From Octopus vulgaris (taxonomy: Eukaryota), in the NCBI GenBank assembly GCA_951406725.2, contig OX597829.1:7254001-7318000 (forward strand): a stretch of 64,000 nt of DNA. The letters run 5' to 3'. This document shows, in pieces, positions 16,112 through 29,086 of this stretch. Both the position numbers and the translations under genes were made by a program. Under the pieces are notes generated by a model. That model made no database searches and had not been told where the DNA came from. It saw only the letters and a list, made by a program, of their open reading frames with translations. Each line of letters starts with the position of its first letter. The first letter of the stretch is position 1.

Positions 16112-16398
16112 AGGCGCAGATATGATTGTGTATTAAGAGATTTGCTTCTCAGTCACACTGTCCTGAGTTCAGTCGTACTGCGTGGCAACTTCGGCAAATG
16201 TCATCTATTACAGCCTCGGGCTGACTAAAGCCTTGTGAGTGGATTTGATAGACGGAAACGGAAAGAAACCCGTCGTATATGTGTGTACGTGTATGTGTGC
16301 GTGCATATATTTTGTGTGTGTGTGTGTTTGTCCCTCCACCATCGCTTGACAACTGATGTTGATGTGTTTACGTCTCTATAACTTAACAGTTCGGCATA
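16112..16398 (+). mobile_element. SINE family B, 5' two-thirds
   Basis: ggcgcag...gagttcagtcgtactgcgtggcaac...gccttgtgagtggatttgatagacggaaac...catcgcttgacaactgatg. Confidence 0.85.
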
Positions 16399-16472
16399 CG
16401 TCTACATGTGTGCCTAAATATAGATAGATACACAGACAGATAGATAGAGAGATTGATAGATAGATAGATAAC

Positions 16473-16541
<69 letters not shown>

Positions 16542-16586
16542 AGTAAATAAATGAAGTTGAACGAAGATGTTATTAAAATTCTTTTA

Positions 16587-16669
16587 CTTTCGACATATGT
16601 TTCGAAGACAACATTGGTTTTATTCCAAAGGAATAAACGGTGTAAAATGCAATCTTCTCATCAGGAAAG
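16587..16669 (-). ncRNA. Canonical type I hammerhead ribozyme with long loop 2
   Basis: Minus strand: ctttc-CTGATGA-gaaga-(long loop)-tcttc-GAAA-catatg-TC-gaaag. Perfect helix I (5 bp), helix II (5 bp), palindromic helix III ACATATGT, GUC cleavage triplet. Sits in a TA-bounded island, ~16540-17030. Confidence 0.85.
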
Positions 16670-17025
16670 AAAGAGGCAATAAGACATTATAACAATTACG
16701 ATGGCTGCCTACATGATAAACATAACGCTATTAAGTATTTTTTTAAAACCGTTAGTAGATACGACGTCAAAGGCAGATACTAGAAAGAGAATGGTTAAGG
16801 AAATAATAAGTAGAGAACAAATAAAGAGGGGTGCGTTGGTTGAATAAATGTTCAAAGGCTTAGAAGTAGATTTGTCTATTGAATTAAAGTGCAAGTTAAA
16901 CTAACTGTTCAAACTATAAAGACTGGCGAAATCACTTATATGAGCTGAAGGTATGTTTCTGCCAGTGTTTACATTTGTAAGATCGTTCTATAAGTGTGTT
17001 AACAAGGTGATTCTTAGAGAAGAGA

Positions 17026-17097
<72 letters not shown>

Positions 17098-17103
<6 letters not shown>

Positions 17104-18210
17104 ATTGCACAAAATAATAGAGATAAGTAGCATCATAGCATAATTTTGATATACGTATAAAACCGTCAAAATCTTGTTTATTTTTATGTTTTTTTTTATT
17201 TATTATGTTTTGCTAAAATTGCTTTTTCTTTTCAGATATCATCAGAAAAAAGTAATTAAAGTTCATTAAAATGATAGATCTATCGGACTTTCAAAGAGGT
17301 CAAATTATTGGTGCTCGTATTGCAGGCGCAAGTGTAACCAAATCAGCCGAAATGTTTGGTGCGTCAAGAAGTACCGTCTCGAAAGTAATGGCAGCCTTTG
17401 AGGAAGAAAGAAAAACCTCCTCGTCGAAACAAAACTCCGGAACAAAACCAAAACTTTCAGATAGAGACCGTCGAACTCTTACGCCAATTTTTAGAAAGGA
17501 TCACAAAAATACAGCTCCCAAAATTACTGCAGAGCTTAGTGGCCACCTCGAGAACCCAGTTTCCACAAAAACTGTTTAGAGTGGAATAAAAACCTACAGA
17601 ATTGGTCCCTAGAGCAGAGGAAGAATGTTATTTTCTCGGACGGGTCATCCTTTACCTTGTTTCCGACCACTATTCGAATATACATATGGAGATATTCAAA
17701 AGAAGCATTTGACCCAGACTGCCTTCTTTCAACTCATATACATGGAGGAGGATCTGTGATGATCTGGTGTGTATGTGTGTGGGGGGACTATATCTTGGAA
17801 ATCCGCCGGCCCAATGGTTTCCCTTCATGGCTGAATTAATAGTCAAACCTATTTAAGCATTTTATCTGATCAAATTCATCCTATGGCTGCGGAACTGTTT
17901 TCGGAGGGAAATGCACTCTTTCAGGATGATAATGCACCAATTCACACAGCTAAAATTGTTGCTGAATGGCAAGAGCAACATTCTAGTGAAGTTGAACATC
18001 TTATCTGACCACCACAGTCACCAAATCTCAATATTATTGGAGACTGTTCAAGCTAAAGGATGGACAAAGATTCCTTTGGAAACAATTCAATCTTCGAAAG
18101 AGTCCATAGCTCGTAGAATCCAAGTTGTAATTCCTGCCAGTCCTACACTATATTAAAATAAATTTGTTTGAAATTTTAAGGTGTTTTCATTATATTATCC
18201 AACCCCTGTA
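17098..18210 (+). mobile_element. Tc1-family DNA transposon, decayed transposase
   Basis: MIDLSDFQRGQIIGAR...GASRSTVSKVM (HTH), VIFSDGSSF, HGGGSVMIW, FQDDNAPIHTAK, PPQSPNLNII. Right TIR ends ...ttatccaacccctgTA; degenerate left TIR at ~17100. Confidence 0.9.
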
Positions 18211-18679
18211 TATACATACTGTGTATTGTATCCACGTATATCTGCTTATATGTAAATACGCGTACAAAAGTATACATTTTTCTGTTATTCCACGTATGTA
18301 GATAGATATATACAACCAGATAGACAAGTAATTACATATTCATAATTTGTTAAGCATGTTCAGATGTAAACATAATGGGTGCATATGTACGTGTATGTTT
18401 ATGTGTATATATGTATGCATGTAAGTAGGTAGGTTGGTAGGTAGGTAGGTAGGTAGGTATGTAGGTAAACGGCTTATAAACACCTTCCACGCTGCGATTG
18501 TTTTCGTTCCATATATATATATATACATATATATTACGGAGATGTACCTGCATAGCAAGTGACTTGGTGTGAGATCGTGTGCTGGAACGAAAACAATTGC
18601 AGCGTGGAAGGTGTCTATAAGACATTTAAGAAACACACAAAAACCGTTAGATTCACTTCAACATTCACTTCAAATTTAA

Positions 18680-18730
18680 TTTGTCAAAATATTTTCCTCG
18701 CTTTCAGACCGCGACCTCTTCACTGACAAA
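18680..18730 (-). ncRNA. Type I hammerhead-like motif (C3G core variant)
   Basis: Minus: tttgtca-GTGAAGA-g-gtcgc-loop-gcgag-GAAA-atat-TT-tgacaaa. 7-bp helix I and palindromic helix III. Lies in Penelope-type island ~18530-18770. Confidence 0.65.
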
Positions 18731-19580
18731 ACTTCGTGCTGCATCTGAGAAAGTAACAGTTAGTTCATCATATATATATGTACGTATGTATGTGTGTGTG
18801 TATGTATGTACGTATGTATGTGTGTGTGTATGTATGTATGTATGTGTGTATGTGTGTGTGTGTGTGTATGTATGTATATATGTATGTATGTATGTGTGTG
18901 TGTGTATGTATGTATGTATGTATGTACGTATGTATGCATGTATGTATGCGTGTATGTATGCATGTATGTATGTATGTGTTTATGTATGTATGCATGTATG
19001 TATTTATGTATATATGTATGTGCGTATGTATGTATGTATATGCGCATGTATGTATGTATTTTTATGCGTATTTATGTATGTATGTGTGTACATGTATGTG
19101 CGAATGCATGTGTGCATGCCTATACGCATGTAAGTACATACGTATTTATGTGAGTATTTAGGAGAGTGTGTAGACATGTCTGTGTGTGTGTGTACATGTG
19201 TATGTATATGTGAACGTATGTTTATGCAATGATATGAGTCAATTCAAGTTGTATACAGGTGTAGATGAATGTGTGTGTATACGTGTGTGTATGTGTTGTG
19301 TGTTGTGTATGTTAGTGTATAAGTATGTACATGCATGCATATATGAGTATGTGTAAACATATATATATATATGTATTATATATGTATGCATGTAAAAATT
19401 TAAAAAAAGAAATAAAAGGATAAATAGAATAAAATAAAGCAAGTTTGAATTTTCTCCGTTGTTCTTGAAAAGAGTGTCATATACATGTATATATATATAT
19501 GTATACCGGAGTAAACACATAAATGTGAAACAAGGTGGAAAAAAGAGTACTCAAATACCAGTGGTAGAGTAATATGCTAG

Positions 19581-19630
19581 CAAAAACTGTCTGATGAACG
19601 GCAACGAGAAACTCAGAGTAACAGATTTTG
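19581..19630 (+). ncRNA. Compact type I hammerhead ribozyme
   Basis: caaaa-a-ctgt-CTGATGA-a-cg-gcaa-cg-a-GAAA-ctc-a-gag-TA-acag-a-ttttg. Helix I ctgt/acag extended by caaaa/ttttg; GUA triplet. TA-bounded island ~19503-19660. Confidence 0.8.
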
Positions 19631-19685
19631 TTGAATTTTCTGCTGCTTTAAATAAAGTATACATATGTATATGTATGTGTGTATG

Positions 19686-19746
<61 letters not shown>

Positions 19747-19760
19747 ACATAAATGTGATA

Positions 19761-19810
<50 letters not shown>

Positions 19811-20541
19811 GTATATGTATTTATATATGTATGTGTGTGTGTATATGTATATGTATGTATATATGTATGTACAGATGGATGAGCGTATATGTGTGTTTAC
19901 TTTAAGATTATACGTATATTTGTGAGTATGTGTGTCTATATGATTGTGTATATGATAGTACCTTAGACGTTGTATCCATTCACCGCTAGACGGTGGTGAG
20001 GACAAACACACACACACGCACATATATATGTGTGTGTTTGTCTATATAAATATATAAGTGTGTATATATACAACCTTCAACAAGGTAACAGTCATGTATA
20101 CAACTTGAACTGACACATACCATTACATAAACATACGTTCACATGTACATACACATGTACACACACACAGACACGTCTACACACTCTCCTAAATACTCAC
20201 ATATATACGTAGGTACATAAGTACATACATACATGCGTATAGGCATGCACACATGCATGCGCACATACATGTACACACATACATACGTACATACATACAT
20301 ACATACATACATACATACATACATACATACATACATACATACATACACACATACATACATACATACATACATAATACATACATACATACATGCATACATG
20401 CATATATACATACATACATATATACATACATACAAACATACATACATACGCACATACATACATACATACATACATACATACGTACATACATACATACATA
20501 CATACACACACACACATGCATATATACATACATACATACAT

Positions 20542-20592
<51 letters not shown>

Positions 20593-20682
20593 AATACATA
20601 CATACATACATACACACACACATACATACGTACATATATATATGACGAACTAACTGTTACTTTCTCAGATGCAGCACGAAGT

Positions 20683-20733
20683 TTTGTCTGTGAAGAGGTC
20701 GCGGTCTGAAAGCGACGAAAATATTTTGACAAA
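20683..20733 (+). ncRNA. Type I hammerhead-like motif (C3G variant), second copy
   Basis: tttgtct-GTGAAGA-g-gtcgc-ggtctgaaa-gcgac-GAAA-atat-TT-tgacaaa. Confidence 0.65.
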
Positions 20734-20874
20734 TTAAATTTAAATGTTGAAGTGAATCGAACGCTTTTTGTGTGTTTCTTGAATGGCTTATAAATACCTT
20801 CCACGCTGCAATTGTTTTCGTCCATGCACACGATCTCAGATCAAGTCACTTGCTATGCAGGTACATCTCCGTAA

Positions 20875-20995
<121 letters not shown>

Positions 20996-21068
20996 CATAT
21001 ACATATTTACATTTTGGTTGACCACTAAATCCACATGTTTTCTCATTCTCTCTCTCTCTCTTTCTCTC

Positions 21069-21109
<41 letters not shown>

Positions 21110-21135
21110 CTCTCCCTGCTTATTTCCTCGTATTC

Positions 21136-21171
21136 CTTTCTGTTGAAGAGCTTGGGCTGGAAACGTAAAAG
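21136..21171 (+). ncRNA. Minimal type I hammerhead (A6U variant) in orphan Neptune-type 3' end (~21105-21265)
   Basis: cttt-CTGTTGA-A-gagc-ttgg-gctg-GAAA-cg-TA-aaag. Flank homologous to 39421-39570. Confidence 0.68.
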
Positions 21172-21859
21172 ACTTTCTCACTTTCCCGAGTGACAAAATA
21201 ATACGTTTAGTTGTTATTTATGCATCTGTCTTCGTCTTTTGTTTTTCTGTAAATTTCAACTTTATATTTATACACATATGTATAATTTTGTGTTCATTTA
21301 TATATAAATGTATACATACACACATGATATATATACATACACATACATGCATATATACGCACACACACAAACCATATATGCACATATACATATGTAAATT
21401 TTTTCTCACACTCACATTCACACATTCACACAGAAAATTATGCAAGTAATTTCAGTAGCTGTTTCTGTATTACGATGAGTGCACTCGGGGAGTTGTGTTT
21501 GTGTATTGCTCCAGAGCTTCTTCGGAGCTCTTAAAAAAAAGCGTAATTTTATTTGAGAAAGCATTTACATACATGGAAAAGACCAGATTGGAAAAACATA
21601 TATATATATACACACATAAGAAATGGAGCTTAGTGTTTGAAGGACAAAAGACACTCCTAGAAATATGTAGAGTAGAAAATTGTTTCAAAAATTTGTGTGT
21701 ATTTTGTGTGTTGTGTGTATGTATGTATGTATGTATGTATGTATGTATGTATGTATGTTTGTTTATATTAATGTTTCTTTCTGTTTTTAATTATTTAAAT
21801 TCTTCGCTTTAGGAAGGATTCGGTTTCTGAAAAAGCTACAAATCCCATCGTTAGAATGT

Positions 21860-22100
21860 TGATAATAAAGACAATGTCGTATTTTGAACTTGAGAAAAGT
21901 CTTGCATATCTTTATTGTTCCACTTGCAGAGTGTATTTGTAATGAGCGAGTCGGTTGTTTGATTTCTTTATCTGGAAACCTTTGCTTATCCACAGACTGT
22001 CACTTAAGAATTTCCTCACAAAGCCAAGTGCACCATTCGTTATTGGTATAAATGTGAATACATAATCTGGATATAGAAGCCATTGATATTCACATCGCAA
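21860..22100 (-). mobile_element. R4/Dong-like (restriction-like endonuclease) LINE, decayed C-terminus
   Basis: LLYPDYVFTFIPITNGALGFV...FPDKEIKQPTRSLQIHSASGTIKICKTFLKFK across a frameshift; homologous to 54344-54500. Confidence 0.7.
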
Positions 22101-22127
22101 TGTACATACCTATGCATGTCCTTGCTC

Positions 22128-22690
22128 AGTTTTATTTCAAGATTTCTTGCCAACAGAGAAAGACCGGTTTCTAGCCTTGATCCAAGGTTACTTCTATGAA
22201 ATTTCAACATCAACAACAGGGTATTTTTGTATGTATGTGTGTATGTATGTATGTATGTATGTATGTATGTATGTATGTATGTATATATGTATGCATGTAT
22301 GTATATTTGTATGTTTGTATGCATGTATGTATGCATGTATGTATATATATGTGTGTGTGTATGTATGTATTTATGCATGTATGTATGTATGCATGTATGT
22401 ATGCATGTGTGTATGTATGTATGCATGTATGCATGTATGTATGTATGCTTGTATGTATGTATGTTTGTATGTATGTATGTATGTATGTATGCATGTATGT
22501 ATGCATGTGTGTATGTATGTATGCATGTATGCATGTATGTATGTATGTATGTATGTATGCATGTATGTATGCATGTGTGTATGTATGTATGCATGTATGC
22601 ATGTATGTATGTATACGTGCATATTTGTATGTTTTTGCTTTATGCATGTATTCTTGTGTATATTGTTGCATACGTAGACATGCACATGTA
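22128..22690 (-). mobile_element. Probable R4/Dong 3' UTR with internally expanded (CATA)n
   Basis: 22615-22690 is similar to 54267-54332, which directly follows the Dong-like stop codon. Both lead into (CATA)n. Confidence 0.5.
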
Positions 22691-23116
22691 TTTATGTGTG
22701 CACAAGGGCGCACGATAACTCTTCATACGCATGCATAGACAAAATGCATATATTAATACACATTGTACATATATATATATGACTTAAAATAAGAACCCAA
22801 ACAGAAAATGGCCAATGGTGGGAGACAGAAAGCAGAGAATCAAAAATGCAGGAAGAAAAAAGAGGAAAATGAAGAATGAATTGGAGATAAAGAAAGGGCT
22901 TCTGTCCGCGAGATTAATAGTTTTAAGGATTCTAGCCAGATTGACAATTAACGCGCTAGTACAGTAGCAAGTACATACTCATAAACATAGATAACAACAC
23001 ACGCACAGACATAGACTAAGCACACCGCACATACACTCACACATAGACACGCACACACCCACACACATCGGGGTTTTTTTCTCTAACACTTAATTCTGCC
23101 AATTTAGTGCCCTAAT

Positions 23117-23515
23117 AATAATCCTATCTACTATAGGTACAAGGCCTGAAGTTTTAGGGACACGGATTAAGTCGATTATATCGATCCCAGTGCTTAAAGT
23201 GTACTTATTTTACCAACACCAAAAAAGATTAAAGGCAAACTGTACCTCAGCGGAATTTAAACTTAGAGCGTAACGGCGCACGGAATGCCGTATATTTTGC
23301 CCGGCCTGTTAACGATTCTGCAAGCTGGCCGCCAATATAGTGGTTTCAAATTTTGACACAAGGACAGCAATTTCGAGGACGGCTTAAGTCGATTACATCA
23401 ACTCCAGTCCTCAACTGATACTTAATTTATCGACCCCGAATGGAAGAAAGGGAAAGTCAACCCCAGCGGAAAGGAAACTCGACAAATAAAGACGGACCGG
23501 GAATACCGCTGAAAA
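23117..23515 (-). mobile_element. Two tandem copies of tRNA-derived SINE family A
   Basis: Revcomp head ggcggccagcttgcagaatcgttaac...ccgggcaaaat...aaattccgctgagg and core ttcggggtcgataaattaagtatcagttg. Confidence 0.8.
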
Positions 23516-23557
23516 AACAATTGCTTGACCAATTTAGCATTTTACCACTTTAATTAA

Positions 23558-23579
23558 AGAAAAAGAAGAAGAAGAAGAA

Positions 23580-23626
<47 letters not shown>

Positions 23627-23695
23627 AGAAGAAGAAGAAGAAGAAGAGGAAAGAAGAAGAAGAAGAAGAAGAAGAAGAAGAAGAAGAAGAAGAAG

Positions 23696-23727
<32 letters not shown>

Positions 23728-24918
23728 GGAGGAGGAGGAGAAGAAGAAGAAGAAGAAGAAGAAGAAGAAGAAGAAGAAAAAAAGAAGAAGAAGAAGAAGA
23801 AGAGGAGAAGAGAAGAAGAAGGAGGGGAGAAGGAGGACGAGGAGAAGAAGAAGAAGAAGAAGAAGAAGAAGAAGAAGAAGAAGAAGAAGAAGAAAAAGAA
23901 GAAGAAGAAAAGAAGAAGAAGAAGAAGAAGAAGAAGAAGAAGAAGGAGAAGAAGGAGAAGAGGAAGAAGAAGAGGAAGAAGAGGAAAAAGAAGAAGAAGA
24001 AGAAGAAGAAGAAGTGGAAAAAGAAGAAGAAGAAGAAGAAGAAGAAGGGGAAAAGAAAAAGAAGAAGAAGAAGAAAAAGAAGAAAGAAAGAAGAAGAAGA
24101 AGAAGAAGAAGAGGAGGAAAAGAAGAAAGAAGAAGAAGAAGAAGAAGAAGAAGAAGAAGAAGAAGAAGAAGAAGAAGAAGAGAAGAAGAAGAAGAAGAAG
24201 AAGACGAGGAGAAGAAGAAGAAGAAGAAGAAGAAGAAGAAGAAGAAGAAGAAGAGGAAGGAGAAGAAGAAGAATGATGAGGAGGAGAAGAAGAAGAAGAA
24301 AAAGAAGAAGAAGGGGAAGAAGAAGAAGAGAGGAGGAGAAGAAGAAGAAAGAAGAAGAAGAAGAAGAAAAAAGAAGAAAGAAGAAGAAGAAGAAGAAGAA
24401 GAAGAAGAAGAAGAAGAAGAAGAAGAAGAGAAGAAGAGAAGAAGAGAAGAAAAGAGAGAAGAAGAAGAAGAAGAAGAAGAAGAAGAAGAAGAAGAAGAAG
24501 AAGAAGAAGAAGAAGAAGAAGAAGAAGAAGATGAAGAAGAAGAAAAGAAAAAGAAGGGGAAGAAGAAGAAGGATGAGGAGGAGAAGAAGAAGAAGAAGAA
24601 GAAGAAGAAGAAGAAGAAGAAGAAGAAGAAGAAGAAGATGAGGAAGAAGATGAGAAAAAGAAGAAGAAGAAGAAGAAGAAGAAGAAGAAGATGAAGAAGA
24701 AGAAGATAAAAAAGAAGAAGAAGAGAGAAGAAGGAGGAGGAGGAGAAGAAGAAGAAGAAGAAGAAGAAGAAGAAGAAGAAGAAGAAGATGAGGAAGAAGA
24801 TGAGGAAGAAGAAGAAGAAGAAGAAGAAGAAGAAGAAGAAGAAGAAGAAGAAGAAGAAGAAAAGAAGAAGAAGAAGAAGAAGAAGAAGAAGAAGAAGAAA
24901 GAGAAGAAGAAGAAGAAT
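23558..24918. repeat. ~1.36 kb (GAA)n/(GGA)n polypurine array
   Basis: Directly visible; almost no pyrimidines on the + strand. Confidence 0.98.
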
Positions 24919-25069
24919 GCTTCCTGATTTAGACACAACGCCAGCATCGGATAAAGGACAAAATTGATTTCAGTGGAATTTGAATGTAAAGTTGGATGTA
25001 CGTCACTAAACATTTTGTCCACCATATGTACACACACACACACACACACACCTAGAAACGTCTTTCAGC

Positions 25070-25700
25070 GTGATTAGGTTTCTCTTTCTTTTCTGCCCCT
25101 GTTTCGGTTGAAGCTGTTACTCGGACGGTGTCCCTAGCCACGATGTACATTCATCAAGTATTGCATTCGCTTTTAAATCTTGCAAAACTCTGAATGCATT
25201 TTTGGCAGAATGTTGGATGATTGTAGATCCAAGATATACAAGTTGCTACTGTAGCGGGTCCTTTTTCGAGATGAGGTTGATAGGACATTTGGCACCATGC
25301 AATGCTGGCTGGTATAATTACAAAGTTTTGAAGCTTTACTTTCCGGGATCTTTTATATCTATATCGCCGCATATCACACTTTTCCTGTAGGAACTAGAAT
25401 TTCACTTCCATTATCCTCTTTCAGTAACTCATCTGATTCACCGAGTCGTTACTTTGTTTAGTTCTTTGTTTAGTGACGCCGATTTGCTGCAAGTTCTCCC
25501 ACTATTTTGACCCTTTTGCAGTGACCACAGTTGAGAACGGAAATCCAGAAAACTGAGAATTAAAGTTTACGATAGGAATAGCATGGTTCCCTTTTTTCTG
25601 GATCTGAATGATCTTAGAATCCATCCACCTACTCGTCTTCACGTTCTTGTCATCTTGGTCATCTTGCTTATGGAACGCTGCTTCATCACTCATCAGCCAA
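25070..25700 (-). mobile_element. Old, degenerate CR1 LINE fragment
   Basis: LMSDEAAFH..GGWILRSFRSRKRE and QHCMVPNVLSTSSRKRTRY...NILPK parallel the intact CR1 peptide at 15130-15974. Confidence 0.7.
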
Positions 25701-25867
25701 TCTGTATATTTTTGTATATTGCATGCAAGTTGTTTTGCAGTTTTAGTATATCATCAGTGATGCACATATGCATATGCACACACCTAGATAGCAATATACA
25801 TTATATATACATACATGTATATAAACACAAGCTCACATACATACCCATATAAAAACATACGGATATA

Positions 25868-26776
25868 TACAGGTTTATTAGCCTATTTGAGAACATGACG
25901 TGTTTGAGTTATAACAGTTTTTAAATTAACTTTATATCATTTGTGTTTCAGACACTCAGCTTAGTTAAGAAATGAAGAGACATGCAGCAATTGCGGCCTT
26001 AAAAGCTGAGTACAACGATTTAGAGATAGCACAGTTTTTAATAGTCACTGGATCTCTCCTCTACAAATATCAGGCGTAAGAAGCCTCAGATAGAAAGGTA
26101 TCACTAGTATCGAAACGCAAAAGGGATTCCCAACACTCCGATACCATCAAAATACTCGAATTGTTTCAATAAGCTCAGCTAATCATTGACGGAAATCCCA
26201 GAAAACCCATGAGGTCATTTACAAAGCTCTCCATGTTTCAGAAGGAACAACCAGAGATGTTGTCCACGAAGACATACATCTTATATAATGAGGAGAGATC
26301 AATTCAGGTCAGCAAAATGCTAAAGAAAATCGTTGTTTGATCAGATCTAAAAGGCTTTCAAACAAAGTTAAAAACCCAGAAGAACATTTGATTTGGTTTT
26401 TCTTTGATGAGATTAAATTTTCACCAGGGCGAGACGATAAACAGAGAAAAATGTTCAGGCCCTCATACACACAAAATTTCCCGCGACTATCATGGCTTTT
26501 GCAGTTGTCAGTAAGGAACGACATGTGATACTTCTTAACTTCTTTCTACAAGGCACTTTGAGTTATATCTGCTGGTTGCATTGAGGTCCTGGAAACAGTT
26601 GTCAAGCTCCGGATAAATAAAGTACGCAATGGAAGGTTGTACGTGTTTCAGCAGGTTCTGCACCATCACATAAGTCTCAAGCAACCCAAGAAGGGATAGC
26701 CGACAATTTCCATCGCCACATAACCCCTAACATTTGGCTTCCAAACTCACCATTGGATTACTATATGTGAAGTGTT

Positions 26777-26823
<47 letters not shown>

Positions 26824-27101
26824 TCAACTTCCCTGTAACATCAAAGATTCATTGCAAGCGGCTATAGTCAGAGTAATGTCTGATATGAATGAGGACCATT
26901 TAATTCTGGCATGGAGACGACTCAGATCTCACATAGAAGCCGTTATTGATACAGAAAGTGGCTACATTGAATAAGATTATAAAAACGATAATCTAGTTAA
27001 TATGCACAAACTTTTTTCATTGATAATGTTGCTTTCTGTTATTATATGTTTTTCCAAAAAAGAAAACAATTTTTGCCCCTCAATTCCTTTACGCACTCTA
27101 T
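25868..27101 (+). mobile_element. Tc1/mariner maT (DD37D-like) transposon remnant
   Basis: MKRHAAIAALKA..., RSKRLSNKVKNPEEHLIWFFFDE, LYVFQQ.SAPSHKS, PNIWLPNSP..LDYYM, RRLRSHIEAVIDTESGYIE*. Confidence 0.75.
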
Positions 27102-27108
27102 GCTTATA

Positions 27109-28367
27109 TACAGGGTGTCCATAATGTCTCTTTACAATTTCAAAAACATTACAAAATTAATTAGACAAATCTGTGGAAATTATTACAGAACGAGGAACAG
27201 ATATTGAAGTTCGTTTTGACTCATTTAATACATCTCTATATCGGCACCATTAGTCGCATGAAGCACATCAAGATGGTAATCAACTTTGCTTCAGGTTGTT
27301 GATATTCCATATCTTTGTTCGATACACCATGTCTTTAAAATAACCTTATAGAAAAAAGAGTGATATCCAGGGAACGAGGTGGCCAGGAGATTGAACTATC
27401 CCTTCCAATTCACCGGTCTAGAAATGTTTGATTTACGAACCCACAAGCATAAAGCTCCCAGTGTGGTGGTGGTGCACCATCCTGCTGGGAAATGATGGTT
27501 GGTAGAAGGCCATCCAGTTGTGGAGCCACATATTCAGTCAAAAGTCCAAGATAAACATTTGCAGAAATTGATCTTTCTGTGAAGGAAAATGGACCAATGA
27601 TTTGATTGCACATTATCTCACAGCGGATATTCACCTTTGGGCTATCTCGGCGAAGTTCCCTAATCAAATAGGGGTATTGTGATCACCAGATCCTCGCATT
27701 ATGTCTGTTCAGTTTCTCTGAAACATAAAAGGTTACCTCATCACTATAACAAACTCTGGTGAGGAACTTTGCATCCTCAAAAGTTCATTCCAGCATGATA
27801 ACTGCAAACTCTTTTCGTCTTGGTTTATCTTTTGGTTCGAGTGCCTGTAAGAGTTTCACTTGTAGGCGTACATTCGCAAGATCTTGTGTAGAATTTTATG
27901 CACTATTGAATGTGGTAGCTGTAACTGTCTGGCAGCAGTACATATGGACTTTGTAAGAGAACTAACAAAGACTTCTCGATGTCCTCCTCGGATAATTTTG
28001 GTCGTCCACTCCTACCTTTATCCAACATTGGTTCTATTTCATTAAATTCTTTGTGCCATGCACGAATAGACGAACGTAGCGGTTGATGTCTTCCATACTT
28101 AATCCTGTACTTTTGCTGGGTCTACGCGACCCACTTTGTTACAATAAGCCACAATACACATTGTGCCTTTTCTTGAACGATAGCCATTTTTTTCATTTAA
28201 TATAACTTTTTTCTATCAGTAGGCTACGTGAAAAACACAGATGCAAAGTGGTTAGAAACTTTGCTAACCACAGAGAACATATCAGAAATCTGATAAACAT
28301 AACTCATCAATTCCCTTTGTAATAAATTTTTGAAGCTGTAAAGGGACATTATAGACACTTTTGCATA
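27109..28367 (-). mobile_element. Tc1/mariner rosa-like (DD41D) transposon remnant with ~45-bp TIRs
   Basis: TIRs tacagggtgtccataatgtctctttacaatttcaaaa / ttttgaagctgtaaagggacattatagacacttttgca. Peptides QEKAQCVLWL, RDSPKVNI..IIGPFSF, QQDGAPP, WPPRSLDIT. Confidence 0.82.
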
Positions 28368-28435
28368 TACACACACAAAGCACAGGGTACGTAAGGTATT
28401 TAGGGACAATTCTTTTTTGAAAAACATTCCTATAA

Positions 28436-28880
28436 TCTATATGTATAAAACTGAGCATGTGTGTCTGTGTGTGTCTGTCTGTGTGTGTATCTGTCTGTGT
28501 GAATCCCTAAAACTTGAGAACTACACAACCAATTTCATTCAACTTTTACACATGCCTTACTTAGGGTCCATTTTTAACATTTTTAACTTCTTGCCTAGGG
28601 CGAGCCCACAGCAATATCATATCTTCTCCACTATTTCAGTATTACGTGTTAAAAGTGAAACAAAAACATCTCTCTATTGTAATGCAGACACTTTCATTTT
28701 AATACTGAAACTATTAAAGTGAAAGTATTATATAACAGGGATGAACCATTAACAGTGGACATCCATTTTGCTAGAAGAAGATCCGCTATTGTCTTATATG
28801 CTACACCACTGGTTTTCAATTCATATTAATCAAATTGATATTCAATTTTTCACCCTTAATATTTTAAATTTAAATTTACA
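28436..28880 (+). mobile_element. Helitron-like non-autonomous element 5' end
   Basis: A|TCtatatgtataaaa followed by (TGTC/TG)n and ccaatttcattcaactttt, a typical invertebrate Helitron 5' architecture. Confidence 0.55.
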
Positions 28881-28954
28881 TGCATATATATATAGAGAGA
28901 GAGGGGGGAGAGAGATGTATACATAAAAATGTATATATATAGATGTATATATGG

Positions 28955-28994
<40 letters not shown>

Positions 28995-29023
28995 ATACAA
29001 TATGTTACATTACTCGGTAGTCA

Positions 29024-29086
29024 AGATAAAACTCTGAGTTTCAGATGCCGAAGTGGAAATCCACAACACCATCTCTTCGGTTATCT
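29024..29086 (-). ncRNA. Type I hammerhead (U4C variant), left-arm copy
   Basis: Mirror image of 30018-30080. Confidence 0.68.

Noticed and set aside
23550-25049. Long poly-S/F/L and poly-E/K/R ORFs (also 49433-50077)
   Set aside because: Translations of (GAA)n arrays.
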